61,259 bases of DNA from a virus (Duplodnaviria; Caudoviricetes), in IMG/VR virus record IMGVR_UViG_3300045003_000239, positions 1 through 61,259 of that record, one strand, 5' to 3'. Position numbers and translations under genes: made by a program. Shown here in pieces: positions 48,630 to 58,053 of this stretch. Within the stretch, counting starts at the first letter, position 1. The number at the start of each line of letters is the position of its first letter. The notes under the pieces were generated by a model that searched no databases, had not been told where the DNA came from, and was given only the letters and a program-made list of their open reading frames with translations.

Positions 48630-49591
48630 ACATCGTGGCTGACGACGACTTCCTGATCGGACGCTTCTCCGGCGAGCTGGCCTTCGACCTCCCCGCCGAG
48701 GAGATGAAGAAGCTCGACGCGATGGGCGACTTCCTCGAGCAGGCCAAGGCCTTCACCGGAGGCCAGGGCATGTCGCTGAAGAGCCTCGAAGTCGTCAAGC
48801 AGGTCGGCGACACGCAGTCGAAGTTCAAGTTCGAGCTGCCGAAGAAGGAGGAGTCGCAGCTCACCCAGTTCGTGAAGCAGGTGCCCATCCTCAAGGACTT
48901 CTACCGTGCGTTCAGCGCCGGCGGCGCGGCCGGCATCGGTACTGCGGCGGCCGTTCTCGGCGCAGTGGGCGTTCTGTTCATGTCCGGGAGCGGCTTCAAG
49001 GAGACCCTTGGCGCCCTGTGGGATCTTCTGGGAATGGTGAGCGACCTCATCTACGTCAGCCTGTTTCCGGTGATCAAGCCGCTTCTCGAATCCTTCGTGG
49101 ATTTCGGCAAGTGGCTGGCAGACCACAGCCACGGGCCGGGCGGCATCCTGGGTGCGTTCGCGGACCCGAGCTTCTGGGCGGGTGCCGTCGGAATCCTTCT
49201 CGATGGTCTCGTCCAGGGAGCCGACCAGCTTGCGAAGCTCGGTCTCGCCATCCTCGACGGCTTCGCCGATGGCCTCCAGAACGACCCCAAGATCGGGACC
49301 ATTTTCACGAACCTCGGTCAGCACGTCGGGGGACTCATCCTCGATAGCGCGACCCTCGCGGCGAAGTTCGCCGAGTTCCTCGCCACCGCGCTTACGGGCC
49401 CGACCATGATGAAGGCCTGGAGCAACATCGGCATGGCAATCGCGGAGGGCTTCGCGAAGGGCGCCGCGCAGAACCTCGCGGGCCACCTCCAGGTGACCAC
49501 GCCAAGCGGCGGGAAGTACCAGCCCGGCCTCAGCGCGGCGCTCCCCATCGGCGGGCTCCGCGGCGGCCTCGGCGTCGTGGGGTGGGGTTGA
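48626..49591 (+). CDS. Tape-measure protein (unusually short, 321 aa)
   Basis: Follows the G/GT pair; amphipathic/hydrophobic Ala/Gly/Leu helices. Confidence 0.65.
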   Translation: MNIVADDDFLIGRFSGELAFDLPAEEMKKLDAMGDFLEQAKAFTGGQGMSLKSLEVVKQVGDTQSKFKFELPKKEESQLTQFVKQVPILKDFYRAFSAGGAAGIGTAAAVLGAVGVLFMSGSGFKETLGALWDLLGMVSDLIYVSLFPVIKPLLESFVDFGKWLADHSHGPGGILGAFADPSFWAGAVGILLDGLVQGADQLAKLGLAILDGFADGLQNDPKIGTIFTNLGQHVGGLILDSATLAAKFAEFLATALTGPTMMKAWSNIGMAIAEGFAKGAAQNLAGHLQVTTPSGGKYQPGLSAALPIGGLRGGLGVVGWG

Positions 49592-50200
49592 ATGGCCGTC
49601 ACCCTCTACCTCCGCCGGCGCCGCACGACGAGCGACGGGGGCATCGGCACGGTGCCAAGATCGGAGTTTCTCTTCCTCACGGCGGAGACGTTCGACCCGG
49701 TCCTCTCGCTCACGCCCATTGCGCCCAAGCTGCCCGGGAACGACGCGACCTCGCTGGCCGGCGGGGGCACGAACTTCATCTTCAATATCGGCACGCAGCA
49801 GGCCACCCTCCGCGTCGCCGGCACGCTCATTCCCCTCCCGCGCACCTCTTTCCCCACCCTGAACTCGCCCGACATCCACGTCGTCGGCCGTGTCACGCGC
49901 GGCGCCGCGGAGCAGACCCTCACGGTGGACCCCAAGGGTGCGGACTTCAGGACGAGCCTCTACGACTACGTCGCGGACCAGGCCGATACGACCGACTGGG
50001 ACCCCACGCAGCTCTACCTCGGCACGCCCGACTGGGGCGGCAAGAGCTTCGGTCGCAGCGCTGTGGACATCGCCACCCCCTGGGGCGTGAGCACCCGCGA
50101 GTGGAACGGCGTCGTCACGAACCTCCGCACGCAGGCCATCGCGGGACGGATCGACCAGTTCCTCTTCAGCTTCGATTTCGTCGTCGGAGCCCCCGCGTGA
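49592..50200 (+). CDS. Distal tail protein (putative)
   Basis: Position after TMP. Confidence 0.5.
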   Translation: MAVTLYLRRRRTTSDGGIGTVPRSEFLFLTAETFDPVLSLTPIAPKLPGNDATSLAGGGTNFIFNIGTQQATLRVAGTLIPLPRTSFPTLNSPDIHVVGRVTRGAAEQTLTVDPKGADFRTSLYDYVADQADTTDWDPTQLYLGTPDWGGKSFGRSAVDIATPWGVSTREWNGVVTNLRTQAIAGRIDQFLFSFDFVVGAPA

Positions 50201-50201
50201 G

Positions 50202-52004
50202 GTGACCATCGTGGCCGACACGTCGAAGTACTACCGCCTCTGGGTCAGGAACGGCGAGCCGGGCAGCGCGTGGGTCCGCGTGCCGTATCTCGTGGACCTC
50301 CACTTCGTCAAGTACGTGAACGCCATCCCGAGCTTCTCGGCGAGCGTGTACACGCGCGATGCCACGCTCCAGGCGCTGCTCACGGGCAACAGGATCTTCC
50401 GCATCACGAACCTCGCCAGCGCGGACGGGCGCTGCTACCGCTGGTGCCACGGCGCGACCACGGGCGAGCTTGGCGGCGACGACGGCAGCCGCGAGATCAT
50501 GACGGGGCGCCTCAACGCTCCCGCGGGCGACCAGAAGAGCGCCACAGGCCAGACCGGCAACCTCCCCAGCCTCTACAACGTGAGCGGCTCCGGCTTCGCC
50601 GCCAGCGTGGACAAGATGCGCACGCAGGGCGCCAGCGTCCTCAACGCCACCGGCGCGGCCACCGTGAACATGGCCGTCGGCGTCACGTCCATCGGCGGCT
50701 ACAACGTCAGCACCGGCTGGCTCGACACGGGCCCCGCCAGCATCTCCTACACGGATCAGCCCGACAGCCTCTGGAAGGTCCTCCTCGACATCGCACGCAT
50801 CGGCGACGGGACCTCGCACTACGCCTACTTCATCGAGGTCACCCACGACGCCAGCTTCAACCCCGTCGTGAACTACTACTCGCCCACCCACGCCAGCGGA
50901 GGTGGCCTGGGCGCGGGCGGCGACTTCACGCTTCGCACCTCGAGCCCCTTCCCGGCGGACACGACGCGCATCATCAACGTGAAGACGTCCTGCCGCGACG
51001 CGCCGCTCTACAAGGACCGCGACCGCGTCATCAACCGCCTCGTCGTGCGCTACCAGGGCTTCGGCACCGGCAACCAGCAGACCGACACGTCACAAGCCAC
51101 CGACGCGACCTTCCCGGAGGTCCGCAGCGTCATCCTCTACACGCCGCTCTACGACGTCCAGGCCGCGAACCTCTACCGCGACACGGTCATCAACATGTTC
51201 AAGGGCACGTCGAGCGGCCTCCTCCGCGTCGAGGCCGTCGTCAAGAACGCGCAGCTCTTCACCGGCGCGTTCACGGCGCTCCTCGGAGACCAGGTCGGGC
51301 TCCAGAAGGATGCGAGCGACACGACGGGCATCATGAACGACAAGTTCCTCGGCTTCGAGTACGACCAGAGCACCGAGCAGCTCACCGTCGTCGTCGGGAT
51401 CCCCAAGCTACCCTTCTTCGATGACTACGCCGCCGTCGCTCGCACGGCGCAGCAAGCCTTCGCCGCCATGAAGCAGACCGTTCCCGGCCGCATGGGCGCG
51501 ACCCGTGCGAACGCCGCGCAGCCGGCCGTCCAAGGCTTCGGGACGTACGGCAGCGGCGCGGGGTTCGACCTCCAGCTCAACTTCACGGACAAGAACTTCG
51601 TCGTGGATTCGGACGAGGCCATCGCGATCCACTTCCTCATCAACACGCGCGACGGCGGGAGCCACGTCGCCGCCAGCGAGACGGTGGACGTCCTTCTCTA
51701 CCTCGGCGGGACGGCCGTGCACCGCGAACGCGCCACGACCGACGCGAGCGGCGTCCTCAGGAAGACCGTGTACCTACCCGCGCAACTCGTGGCCGACGTC
51801 TTCGGGCTCGGAGGCACAACGCAGACGCTCGCGCAACTCGTCGTCACGAACGCCACGACCGGATTCCAGACGCAGACCTCGACGAAGACCGACAGCAACG
51901 GCGACTTCTACACCGACGACACGCTCGTCCTCACGTCGCCGAGCATCGACATCGGCGCGAGCCTCTGGGCCGACGTCATCACGACGCACTACCACCCCGT
52001 CTAA
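50202..52004 (+). CDS. Baseplate hub / tail-tip protein (putative)
   Basis: Position and size; DRVINRLVV.Y.G. Confidence 0.6.
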   Translation: MTIVADTSKYYRLWVRNGEPGSAWVRVPYLVDLHFVKYVNAIPSFSASVYTRDATLQALLTGNRIFRITNLASADGRCYRWCHGATTGELGGDDGSREIMTGRLNAPAGDQKSATGQTGNLPSLYNVSGSGFAASVDKMRTQGASVLNATGAATVNMAVGVTSIGGYNVSTGWLDTGPASISYTDQPDSLWKVLLDIARIGDGTSHYAYFIEVTHDASFNPVVNYYSPTHASGGGLGAGGDFTLRTSSPFPADTTRIINVKTSCRDAPLYKDRDRVINRLVVRYQGFGTGNQQTDTSQATDATFPEVRSVILYTPLYDVQAANLYRDTVINMFKGTSSGLLRVEAVVKNAQLFTGAFTALLGDQVGLQKDASDTTGIMNDKFLGFEYDQSTEQLTVVVGIPKLPFFDDYAAVARTAQQAFAAMKQTVPGRMGATRANAAQPAVQGFGTYGSGAGFDLQLNFTDKNFVVDSDEAIAIHFLINTRDGGSHVAASETVDVLLYLGGTAVHRERATTDASGVLRKTVYLPAQLVADVFGLGGTTQTLAQLVVTNATTGFQTQTSTKTDSNGDFYTDDTLVLTSPSIDIGASLWADVITTHYHPV

Positions 52005-52411
52005 GCCGCCGGGACGTCCCACCACACCGGCGCCTGGCCCGGGTACACGTACCTGAGCCGGAACGGCGCCTTGAGGCCCTGCGTGTCGAACGAGAGCCAC
52101 CCGCTCACGTGGCCGCCCGGGGCAAGCTCGCCGCCCTCGAAGGCGCTGTCGCGCACCGTCGCGTTCGGCGCGGCGAGCCGCGTGACGCCATGGTACACGC
52201 CGTCGCCGTCGAGGAGCGCGAAGTCCACGGGCCCGATGCTCGTGTCCTTGGTCCCGTTGTTCTGGGCCAAGATCAGGATGGCCTGCGGGCCGTGCATCTC
52301 GAGGACGGTGACGTGGGGGACGCGGGTGGCCGTCTCCGCGGGCGTCTCGCACCCGCTCAGGATGGCCGAGGTCGCCACGGCGACGGCGAGCAGCCAGCCG
52401 ACTCGTTCCAT
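52001..52411 (-). CDS. Lipoprotein, DUF4352-like (possible superinfection exclusion)
   Basis: Signal peptide + LSGC lipobox; DFALLDGDG..Y...GELAPG..VSGWLSF. Confidence 0.7.
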   Translation of the reverse strand: MERVGWLLAVAVATSAILSGCETPAETATRVPHVTVLEMHGPQAILILAQNNGTKDTSIGPVDFALLDGDGVYHGVTRLAAPNATVRDSAFEGGELAPGGHVSGWLSFDTQGLKAPFRLRYVYPGQAPVWWDVPAA

Positions 52412-52442
52412 CGGAAGCGCGAGGGGGCCGCGCGTCTTGAAC

Positions 52443-52697
52443 CTATGGAGCGTCTGGAACGGGCTGGAAGCCCCAGGCTCGGTCGAAGTAGATCAACCGT
52501 AGAGGGTGGCCGAAGAAGACCGCGTGCCGGCGAGCCATCGTCTCCGCCTTCTTCAGGGACGAGGCCTTCGCGAACGCGCCCTGCGGGCCGCAGGTGAGGC
52601 ACGTGAGGACGAACTCCTTGGCGACGAGGTCGTGGCGAACCTCAGATGCGGAGTTGATAGTTGTCAGTCTGACGGGCTGCGGCGAGGCAACTTTCAT
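52443..52697 (-). CDS. Small C2H2-type Zn protein
   Basis: CLTC...RRHAVFFGH. Confidence 0.45.
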   Translation of the reverse strand: MKVASPQPVRLTTINSASEVRHDLVAKEFVLTCLTCGPQGAFAKASSLKKAETMARRHAVFFGHPLRLIYFDRAWGFQPVPDAP

Positions 52698-53054
52698 TTC
52701 GGGTGCATCTCCTGGCCGCCGCCTCACGGCGCAACCGACCCCAACCTACGCTTAAGGGGGGAGTCAAGGTCCCGTCAGGACCTACCCCTCTCACTTTCCT
52801 TGCTCATCCACGCCGGGAAAGTGGGCGTCCAGAGGTCGGTTTCGCCGGAGAAACGGACGGAACCGATGGATCAGATGAAACGGGACATATTTGGCTTTGC
52901 CGGAAAGGGGAGTCCGACACTACTTCATGCATGGAGATTTCTTGTGAATCTCCGCATCTTCAGCCCACCCCCGGTGGAAGAGTCACCCAGGCTGAAGCCG
53001 GCAAGCGAGGAGGCACTCCGGCGCCGAATCCGCGCCTGAGGCCGGAGACTGGTC

Positions 53055-54017
53055 ATGGAGCAGGCGATCAGCGTCCGCTCTGTCGCACAGACAGCGGCGG
53101 TCAGCGCGAGCGCTGCCGCGACGCGGCGCCCGCGCCCTGTGAGGAGGAGGTCGCGCGCCAAGCGGGCGCTCGTCTATCTCAGGGTCTCCACCTTCGGCCA
53201 GGAGAAGCACGGCAAGAACCTCGAGGGCCAGCTTGACGAGGTCAAGGAGTACTGCGCGCGCAAGGGCTACACCTTAGACCCGGACGAGGACGTCTTCCGC
53301 GACATCGTGAGCGGCGCGCGCACCGACCGCGTCGCCTACTACCAGCTCCTCGCGCGGATTGAGCGCGAGGACGCCGAGGTCGTCCTGGCGTGGAACGTGA
53401 GCCGGCTCGGCCGCAACACGATGGACGGCGCCTGGCTCATGGTCAAGGCCAAGGAGTTCGGCTTCCGCATCGAGACCGCGCAGGAAGGCATGGACTTCAC
53501 GGCCGACCCGGCCTCGGAGCTCGTCTTCGACATCCTCACCGCGGCGGCGAAGTTCCAACGCAACACCATCCTCCAGGACATGATGCGCGGCAAGAAGACC
53601 GGCCACAAGAACGGCCGCTGGACCACGGGTGCCCCGCCCATCGGCTACACCGCGAAGGGCCCGCGCGGCGGCAAGGTCCTCACGCCGAACGCCGACGCCG
53701 CGCTCGTGCGCGAGATCTTCACGCGCTACGCGAACGGCGAGACGCAGCTCGCCATCGCCACGGACCTCCGCGGCCGGAAGGTCACCGTCGAGAGCGACCC
53801 GCGCCGCGACGGCCTCGGCTGGGCCGCCAACACCATCGGCCGCATCCTGAAGTGCCCGGCGTACGTCGGGCTCCTCGCGTTCCGAGGCGAGGTCGTCAAG
53901 GGTCTCCACCAAGCGATCATCGACCAGGACCTCTGGGACCGCGTCCAGATGAGGCGCGCGGAGGTCCTCAAGGTGCGGCCGGGGCGCCCGAAGAAGGTGG
54001 ACGAGGACGAGGAGTAG
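53055..54017 (+). CDS. Serine recombinase (catalytic + recombinase domain), putative integrase
   Basis: VYLRVST..Q, SGARTDR, SRLGRN, PPIGY, IL..PAYVG, HQAIID. Confidence 0.92.
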   Translation: MEQAISVRSVAQTAAVSASAAATRRPRPVRRRSRAKRALVYLRVSTFGQEKHGKNLEGQLDEVKEYCARKGYTLDPDEDVFRDIVSGARTDRVAYYQLLARIEREDAEVVLAWNVSRLGRNTMDGAWLMVKAKEFGFRIETAQEGMDFTADPASELVFDILTAAAKFQRNTILQDMMRGKKTGHKNGRWTTGAPPIGYTAKGPRGGKVLTPNADAALVREIFTRYANGETQLAIATDLRGRKVTVESDPRRDGLGWAANTIGRILKCPAYVGLLAFRGEVVKGLHQAIIDQDLWDRVQMRRAEVLKVRPGRPKKVDEDEE

Positions 54018-54018
54018 G

Positions 54019-54357
54019 TCAGCGCTTGCGCTTCGTGCGCGCGAGGAGCTCGCTGGTGTCCCAGGCGTCCTGGGCGCTCTCGATCCCCTTGGGCATCTCG
54101 TAGCGTTCGCCGTGGCCCGCGCCGTCCGTGTTCTGGAGGTGCTTGGCGAGCTGGACGCGGGCACGTCCGCCGGTCGCGACGAAGTCGCAGCCTGGGATGG
54201 GGCAGGGGATCTCGACGTTGCGCGGGACGTTCCACGCGGGGTTCTTGCACTTCTGGCAGACCTTGGGGTTGGGGACGTACGCGCGCCACTTGTGGCCGCA
54301 GCGGAGGCACTCGAAGGGGTAGCGAGTCGAGTGTTCGCGTTCCTTACGGGCTGCCAC
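54019..54357 (-). CDS. Double Zn-finger protein, paralogue 1
   Basis: CLRC..W...PKVCQKCKNPAWN..CPIPGC...H....HG. Confidence 0.75.
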   Translation of the reverse strand: MAARKEREHSTRYPFECLRCGHKWRAYVPNPKVCQKCKNPAWNVPRNVEIPCPIPGCDFVATGGRARVQLAKHLQNTDGAGHGERYEMPKGIESAQDAWDTSELLARTKRKR

Positions 54358-54426
54358 GAGGTTGCACCCGTTCCAGGCGAAGCCTGGGGTGGGCGATAAA
54401 CGTTTCCGTGTTCCAACCTGTCGCCT

Positions 54427-54756
54427 TCAGGGAACCGCGGGGTTCGACGGCTCGGTCGTGGCGCCGGGCGCGGCCAGGAGCGCATCGCAGGCGCCCACGA
54501 TGGCCTTGGCGCGCGACATCGTGCGGACCAGGTCCTCCGCGGCCTCCAGCGTCTTGCGGTCGTCCACGGCGCCACGCTGGACCTTCGCGTCCTTCTCCGG
54601 CACGAGCGTGTTCAGCTTCACGAAGCTCTCCTCGAGGAGCTTGAGCATCCGCCCGCGGAGGCGCGCGATGCCGGCGCGCTCCTTCGGCAGCGTCTTGGGC
54701 ACGGTCTTGAGGTCCACGGCGTCGGGGTCGGTCGGCGGAAGGGTTTCCTGCTGCAT
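54427..54756 (-). CDS. Hypothetical helical protein
   Basis: Typical codon usage on the minus strand. Confidence 0.55.
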   Translation of the reverse strand: MQQETLPPTDPDAVDLKTVPKTLPKERAGIARLRGRMLKLLEESFVKLNTLVPEKDAKVQRGAVDDRKTLEAAEDLVRTMSRAKAIVGACDALLAAPGATTEPSNPAVP

Positions 54757-55078
54757 GGTCAGGCCTCGGGAAGGTCGAGGAACCGGCGCGTGACCTCGGC
54801 CCGTTGGGCGCGGATGCGGCGCTCCAGCGCGACACGGGCGCGGTCGGTGAGGGTCATGGTGTTCCACTGCGCCTCAAGCGCGCGCAGGTCGCGGACGGCC
54901 TGCTGGTGTCGCTCCGTGGCATCGCTCACGTCGGTTCGCTCCAGAGGCTCCAGACGCGGGCCGATTCGATAATACTTTCCATCCTTGCGTCACGCGGAAA
55001 GTGGAATCTCGGTAAGCATTATGGCCGAGCGCCGCGTTCAGGGTGGTAGGGTGGGCGAAGTCCGAGGCATCAGCCGAG

Positions 55079-55193
55079 GACGTAGGGTTACGTCTCCTGA
55101 GACGTAGGAGGAGACGTACGTACTGACGTCTGTACGTACACCCTCTGACGTAACCTTGAGACTCTCAACAAGGGAGAAGAGGGAGCGGACGTA
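55079..55193. repeat. Cluster of ACGT-core direct and inverted repeats (candidate origin, att site or operator array)
   Basis: ~9 [G/T]ACGT[A/C] units; GGTTACGTC/GACGTAACC inverted pair around GTACGTAC-N8-GTACGTAC. Confidence 0.65.
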
Positions 55194-55244
55194 GCACCGA
55201 AGCCCACGTCCGCCCATCGGGGGACTGGAGTTCAGCGTGAGGAT

Positions 55245-55565
55245 CTACGCGCGGGCCGGCGCGGCGCCCAGGCCGCGGAGCGCGCGCTCGACGGTCTCGG
55301 GGATGCGGTAGCGCTCGCCGTGGCCTTCGTCGGCCGTGTTCTGGACGTGCTTCGCGATCATCACACGAGCGCGCGGGCCCGTGGCGGTGTACGTGCACCC
55401 GGGCACGGGGCAGGAGAGCGTCGCGTCGCGCGGGATGTTCCAGGCCGGGTTCTTGCAGTGCCGGCAGACCTTCGGGTTCGCGACGTAGGCCTCCCAGGTC
55501 GCGCCGCAGCGCTGGCACGTGAGGTGGAAGCGGTTCGATTCCGCGGGGGCGGCGGGCGCGGCCAT
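55245..55565 (-). CDS. Double Zn-finger protein, paralogue 2
   Basis: CQRC..W...PKVCRHCKNPAWN..CPVPGC...H....HG. Confidence 0.75.
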   Translation of the reverse strand: MAAPAAPAESNRFHLTCQRCGATWEAYVANPKVCRHCKNPAWNIPRDATLSCPVPGCTYTATGPRARVMIAKHVQNTADEGHGERYRIPETVERALRGLGAAPARA

Positions 55566-55795
55566 GGTCCTGCGAACGATAATCGTTTCTCTGCGGCGAT
55601 GAGACTTGCCTTTTGAAGGGTTCCTCGCGGGTCGCGTGAGGCGGCTCCTGTCGGGGCGGCAGCGGGAAGCTCGCTTCAAGGGAAGCATCGGTTCCACACG
55701 CCCGACGAGAAGTGATAATCCTTCCCGAACGTTCGATGGACCAGAAGGAAAGGGGGCCAGAAGGCCCCCGGATGCCTCTCAGGCGAGCGGTCGCC

Positions 55796-55990
55796 CTACG
55801 CGGCGGGGGTCGTGGGCTTCTTGTCGGTGAGGTCGCTGGCGAGCTTCAGGAGGCCAACGACAACGCCACCGCCGAGGAGCCAGAGGTTCTGGGTCATCGC
55901 GCCGGCCACGACGAGCGCGTATGCGCTGCCGTAGTCGAAGCCGTGATCCAGGAGCGCCTTGGCGGGCGCGGGGATGGTGGAGAGGTCCAT
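55796..55990 (-). CDS. Small membrane protein (holin-like?)
   Basis: 64 aa, two hydrophobic segments. Confidence 0.5.
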   Translation of the reverse strand: MDLSTIPAPAKALLDHGFDYGSAYALVVAGAMTQNLWLLGGGVVVGLLKLASDLTDKKPTTPAA

Positions 55991-55993
55991 GCG

Positions 55994-56578
55994 TCACCTC
56001 CCCCCGGCTCCACCGGGCTTGCGCGTGTCACGCGGTTTCAGGGCGCGTCGAATCTCGCCCTGGATCCGCTCGCGAAGGATGCGCGGCGCCTCACGGTGGC
56101 GGACGATGTCCACCGCGGGCCGCATGTAGGGCTGGCTCTGGATGCCGGGGTGCGTGACCTCGCGGGCGAAGTGCACGCCATGGTTGTCCACCCACCGCAG
56201 CGCGCGACGCGGAGGTCGCGGCCGAATCTTGTACGGGCCGAAGCGCTTCTTGCCTGGCGGGATCAAGGGCCAGTCGTCGGCGCCCACTGGGCTGATGTAC
56301 GCGCTGCCGAAGGGCTCGCCCTGCCCGGCCGTGCCGAACTCGACGGCTGCCGCGTAACCCGAGTAGGCGCCGAACTCGGCCGAGACGCGCGTGAGGGACG
56401 ACCTCACGGGCTTGGCCTGGATGCTGCGCTCGAGGTTGCCGGTTGAGACGGGGACGCGGTCCTTCGCGAGTTCGACGATGCGGTCCGCGCTGTCCCGGAT
56501 GCCCTTCACGGCGCCGCGGCGGATGGCGTCCATGAGGATGGTCCGGTTGTCGCGGATTCGGACGTTGCGGAGGCCCAT
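55994..56578 (-). CDS. HK97 gp10-like tail/neck protein
   Basis: AKDRVPVSTGNLERSI..YAAAVEFGT...HPGIQSQPYMRPAV. Confidence 0.88.
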   Translation of the reverse strand: MGLRNVRIRDNRTILMDAIRRGAVKGIRDSADRIVELAKDRVPVSTGNLERSIQAKPVRSSLTRVSAEFGAYSGYAAAVEFGTAGQGEPFGSAYISPVGADDWPLIPPGKKRFGPYKIRPRPPRRALRWVDNHGVHFAREVTHPGIQSQPYMRPAVDIVRHREAPRILRERIQGEIRRALKPRDTRKPGGAGGR

Positions 56579-56709
56579 GGTTTATGAGAGGACGGAAAGG
56601 ATTATCAATGCCGTGTTTTCCCAACACGGAAACTATTATCGTCACCGGCCGCTTTCGTGAGATACGGGCCCGCAAGGGTCCTTGAGCGAACGAAACGGTG
56701 AGCAATACC

Positions 56710-57006
56710 ATGAACGGCTATTCCTGCTTCGGCAAGTACCTGAAGACCCCCCAGTTCACGGACATCCCCGAGCTCGTCGGTCGCATCGAGCGCCTCCCCC
56801 TCGCGGCGGAGCGCCCCGTCGCCATCGGCCAGCCGCACCCCAGCAACCCGCAGATGACCGTCTTCCGCCAGCACCAGGACTTCAAGGCCACCGTGCGCGC
56901 CGGCGACCTCCTCAAGCTCGACCTCGCGAAGATCCTCGGCGCCGCCGAGACGCGCCGCCAGAAGGAGGCCGAGCTCAAGGCGAAGGCCGCGAAGCGCGCA
57001 GCGTGA
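56710..57006 (+). CDS. Hypothetical protein
   Basis: Downstream of the CGGAAACTATTATC promoter-like element (56627). Confidence 0.55.
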   Translation: MNGYSCFGKYLKTPQFTDIPELVGRIERLPLAAERPVAIGQPHPSNPQMTVFRQHQDFKATVRAGDLLKLDLAKILGAAETRRQKEAELKAKAAKRAA

Positions 57007-57056
57007 CGCTGACAGCCTCCCCCGCCGGGCCCCTTGGATGGGCGGGCCCGGCACCT

Positions 57057-57137
57057 GCGCTCGCATCCGGAGGGCGGTCATCCCGGCGGCTTCGGCCGCC
57101 CAACCGCCGGCGGTTCAAATCCGTCCGGGCGCCTCCA
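57057..57137 (+). ncRNA. tRNA-like RNA (acceptor stem + T arm + CCA; no D stem or anticodon loop)
   Basis: GCGCTCG/CGGGCGC stem, GGCGG-TTCAAAT-CCGTC T arm, GGCGGC-TTCG-GCCGCC hairpin, 3' CTCCA. Confidence 0.6.
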
Positions 57138-57300
57138 GCCCAACGCGGCTGGGACAGGAGCGAACGAAGATGCGACTCATGCGGCGACGGCCGCCCCGCA
57201 CTTACGGCGACCTCCACCCCGACGTCCCGTGCCGGGCCTGCCCTGGCATCCTCGCCGTGTTCCAGGACGGAACCCAGCACCACATCGGAGCGTGCACCCC

Positions 57301-57930
57301 ATGAGCGAACCCAAGACCTCCACCGGCCAGACCTACGCGGGAACCCTCGCCGAGCGCCTCCACCGCGCCGCGCTCGCCATGCCCGACGTCGAGAAGACCG
57401 GCCGCAACGCCAGCTTCCAGTACGCCTACATCGAGGACGTCAACCTCACCGCCGCCGCGCGCAAGGCCCTCCTCGAGGCCGGCGTCGTCGTCATCCAGAG
57501 CATCGAGAAGATCGACCGCTCCACCGTCGGCGGCGAAGGCAAGACGCGCTTCCAGACCCTCGTGACCTGGAAGTTCACCCTCACGGCCCCCGGCACGCAG
57601 GACCAGAAGGAGGTCCAGTGGGTCAGCGAGGCGCTCGACAGCGGCGACAAGGGCATCTCCAAGTGCGCCACCATGGCGCGCAAGGACTTCTTCCGCACCC
57701 TCCTCCTCGTCCCCGGCGGCGCCGAGAACGAGGCCGACGAGGACACCGACCGCGCGGAGCGCCCCTCCCGCGAAGCCGCGCCCACGCCGCCCACCGAGGC
57801 CCAGCGCTCCTTCCTGCGTCGTCTCGCCCGCGACGCCGGCCGCGAGGTCGCCGTGCCCGCGACGAGCGCCGAGGCCTCCAAGCTGATCGACGAACTCAAG
57901 GCTGAGGTTGAAACCAAGAAACGCTCCTGA
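57301..57930 (+). CDS. ERF-family ssDNA annealing protein
   Basis: VEKTGRN..FQYAY...DSGDKGISKC.TMARK.F...LL.VP. Confidence 0.85.
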   Translation: MSEPKTSTGQTYAGTLAERLHRAALAMPDVEKTGRNASFQYAYIEDVNLTAAARKALLEAGVVVIQSIEKIDRSTVGGEGKTRFQTLVTWKFTLTAPGTQDQKEVQWVSEALDSGDKGISKCATMARKDFFRTLLLVPGGAENEADEDTDRAERPSREAAPTPPTEAQRSFLRRLARDAGREVAVPATSAEASKLIDELKAEVETKKRS

Positions 57931-58053
57931 GTGGTCCCTCAAGGTTCCTCCTCGGGGGACCAGACGGGACGCGCGCCAAATCTCACCGACGTTCGCTCCT
58001 AAAACTTCGGTTCTGGCCGCGCGTCCCGGGTCAAGCCCCGGGAGGACAACACC

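Noticed and set aside
55530-55545. GCGG-TTCGATT-CCGC T-arm look-alike
   Set aside because: Lies within a minus-strand CDS; no acceptor stem or cloverleaf.
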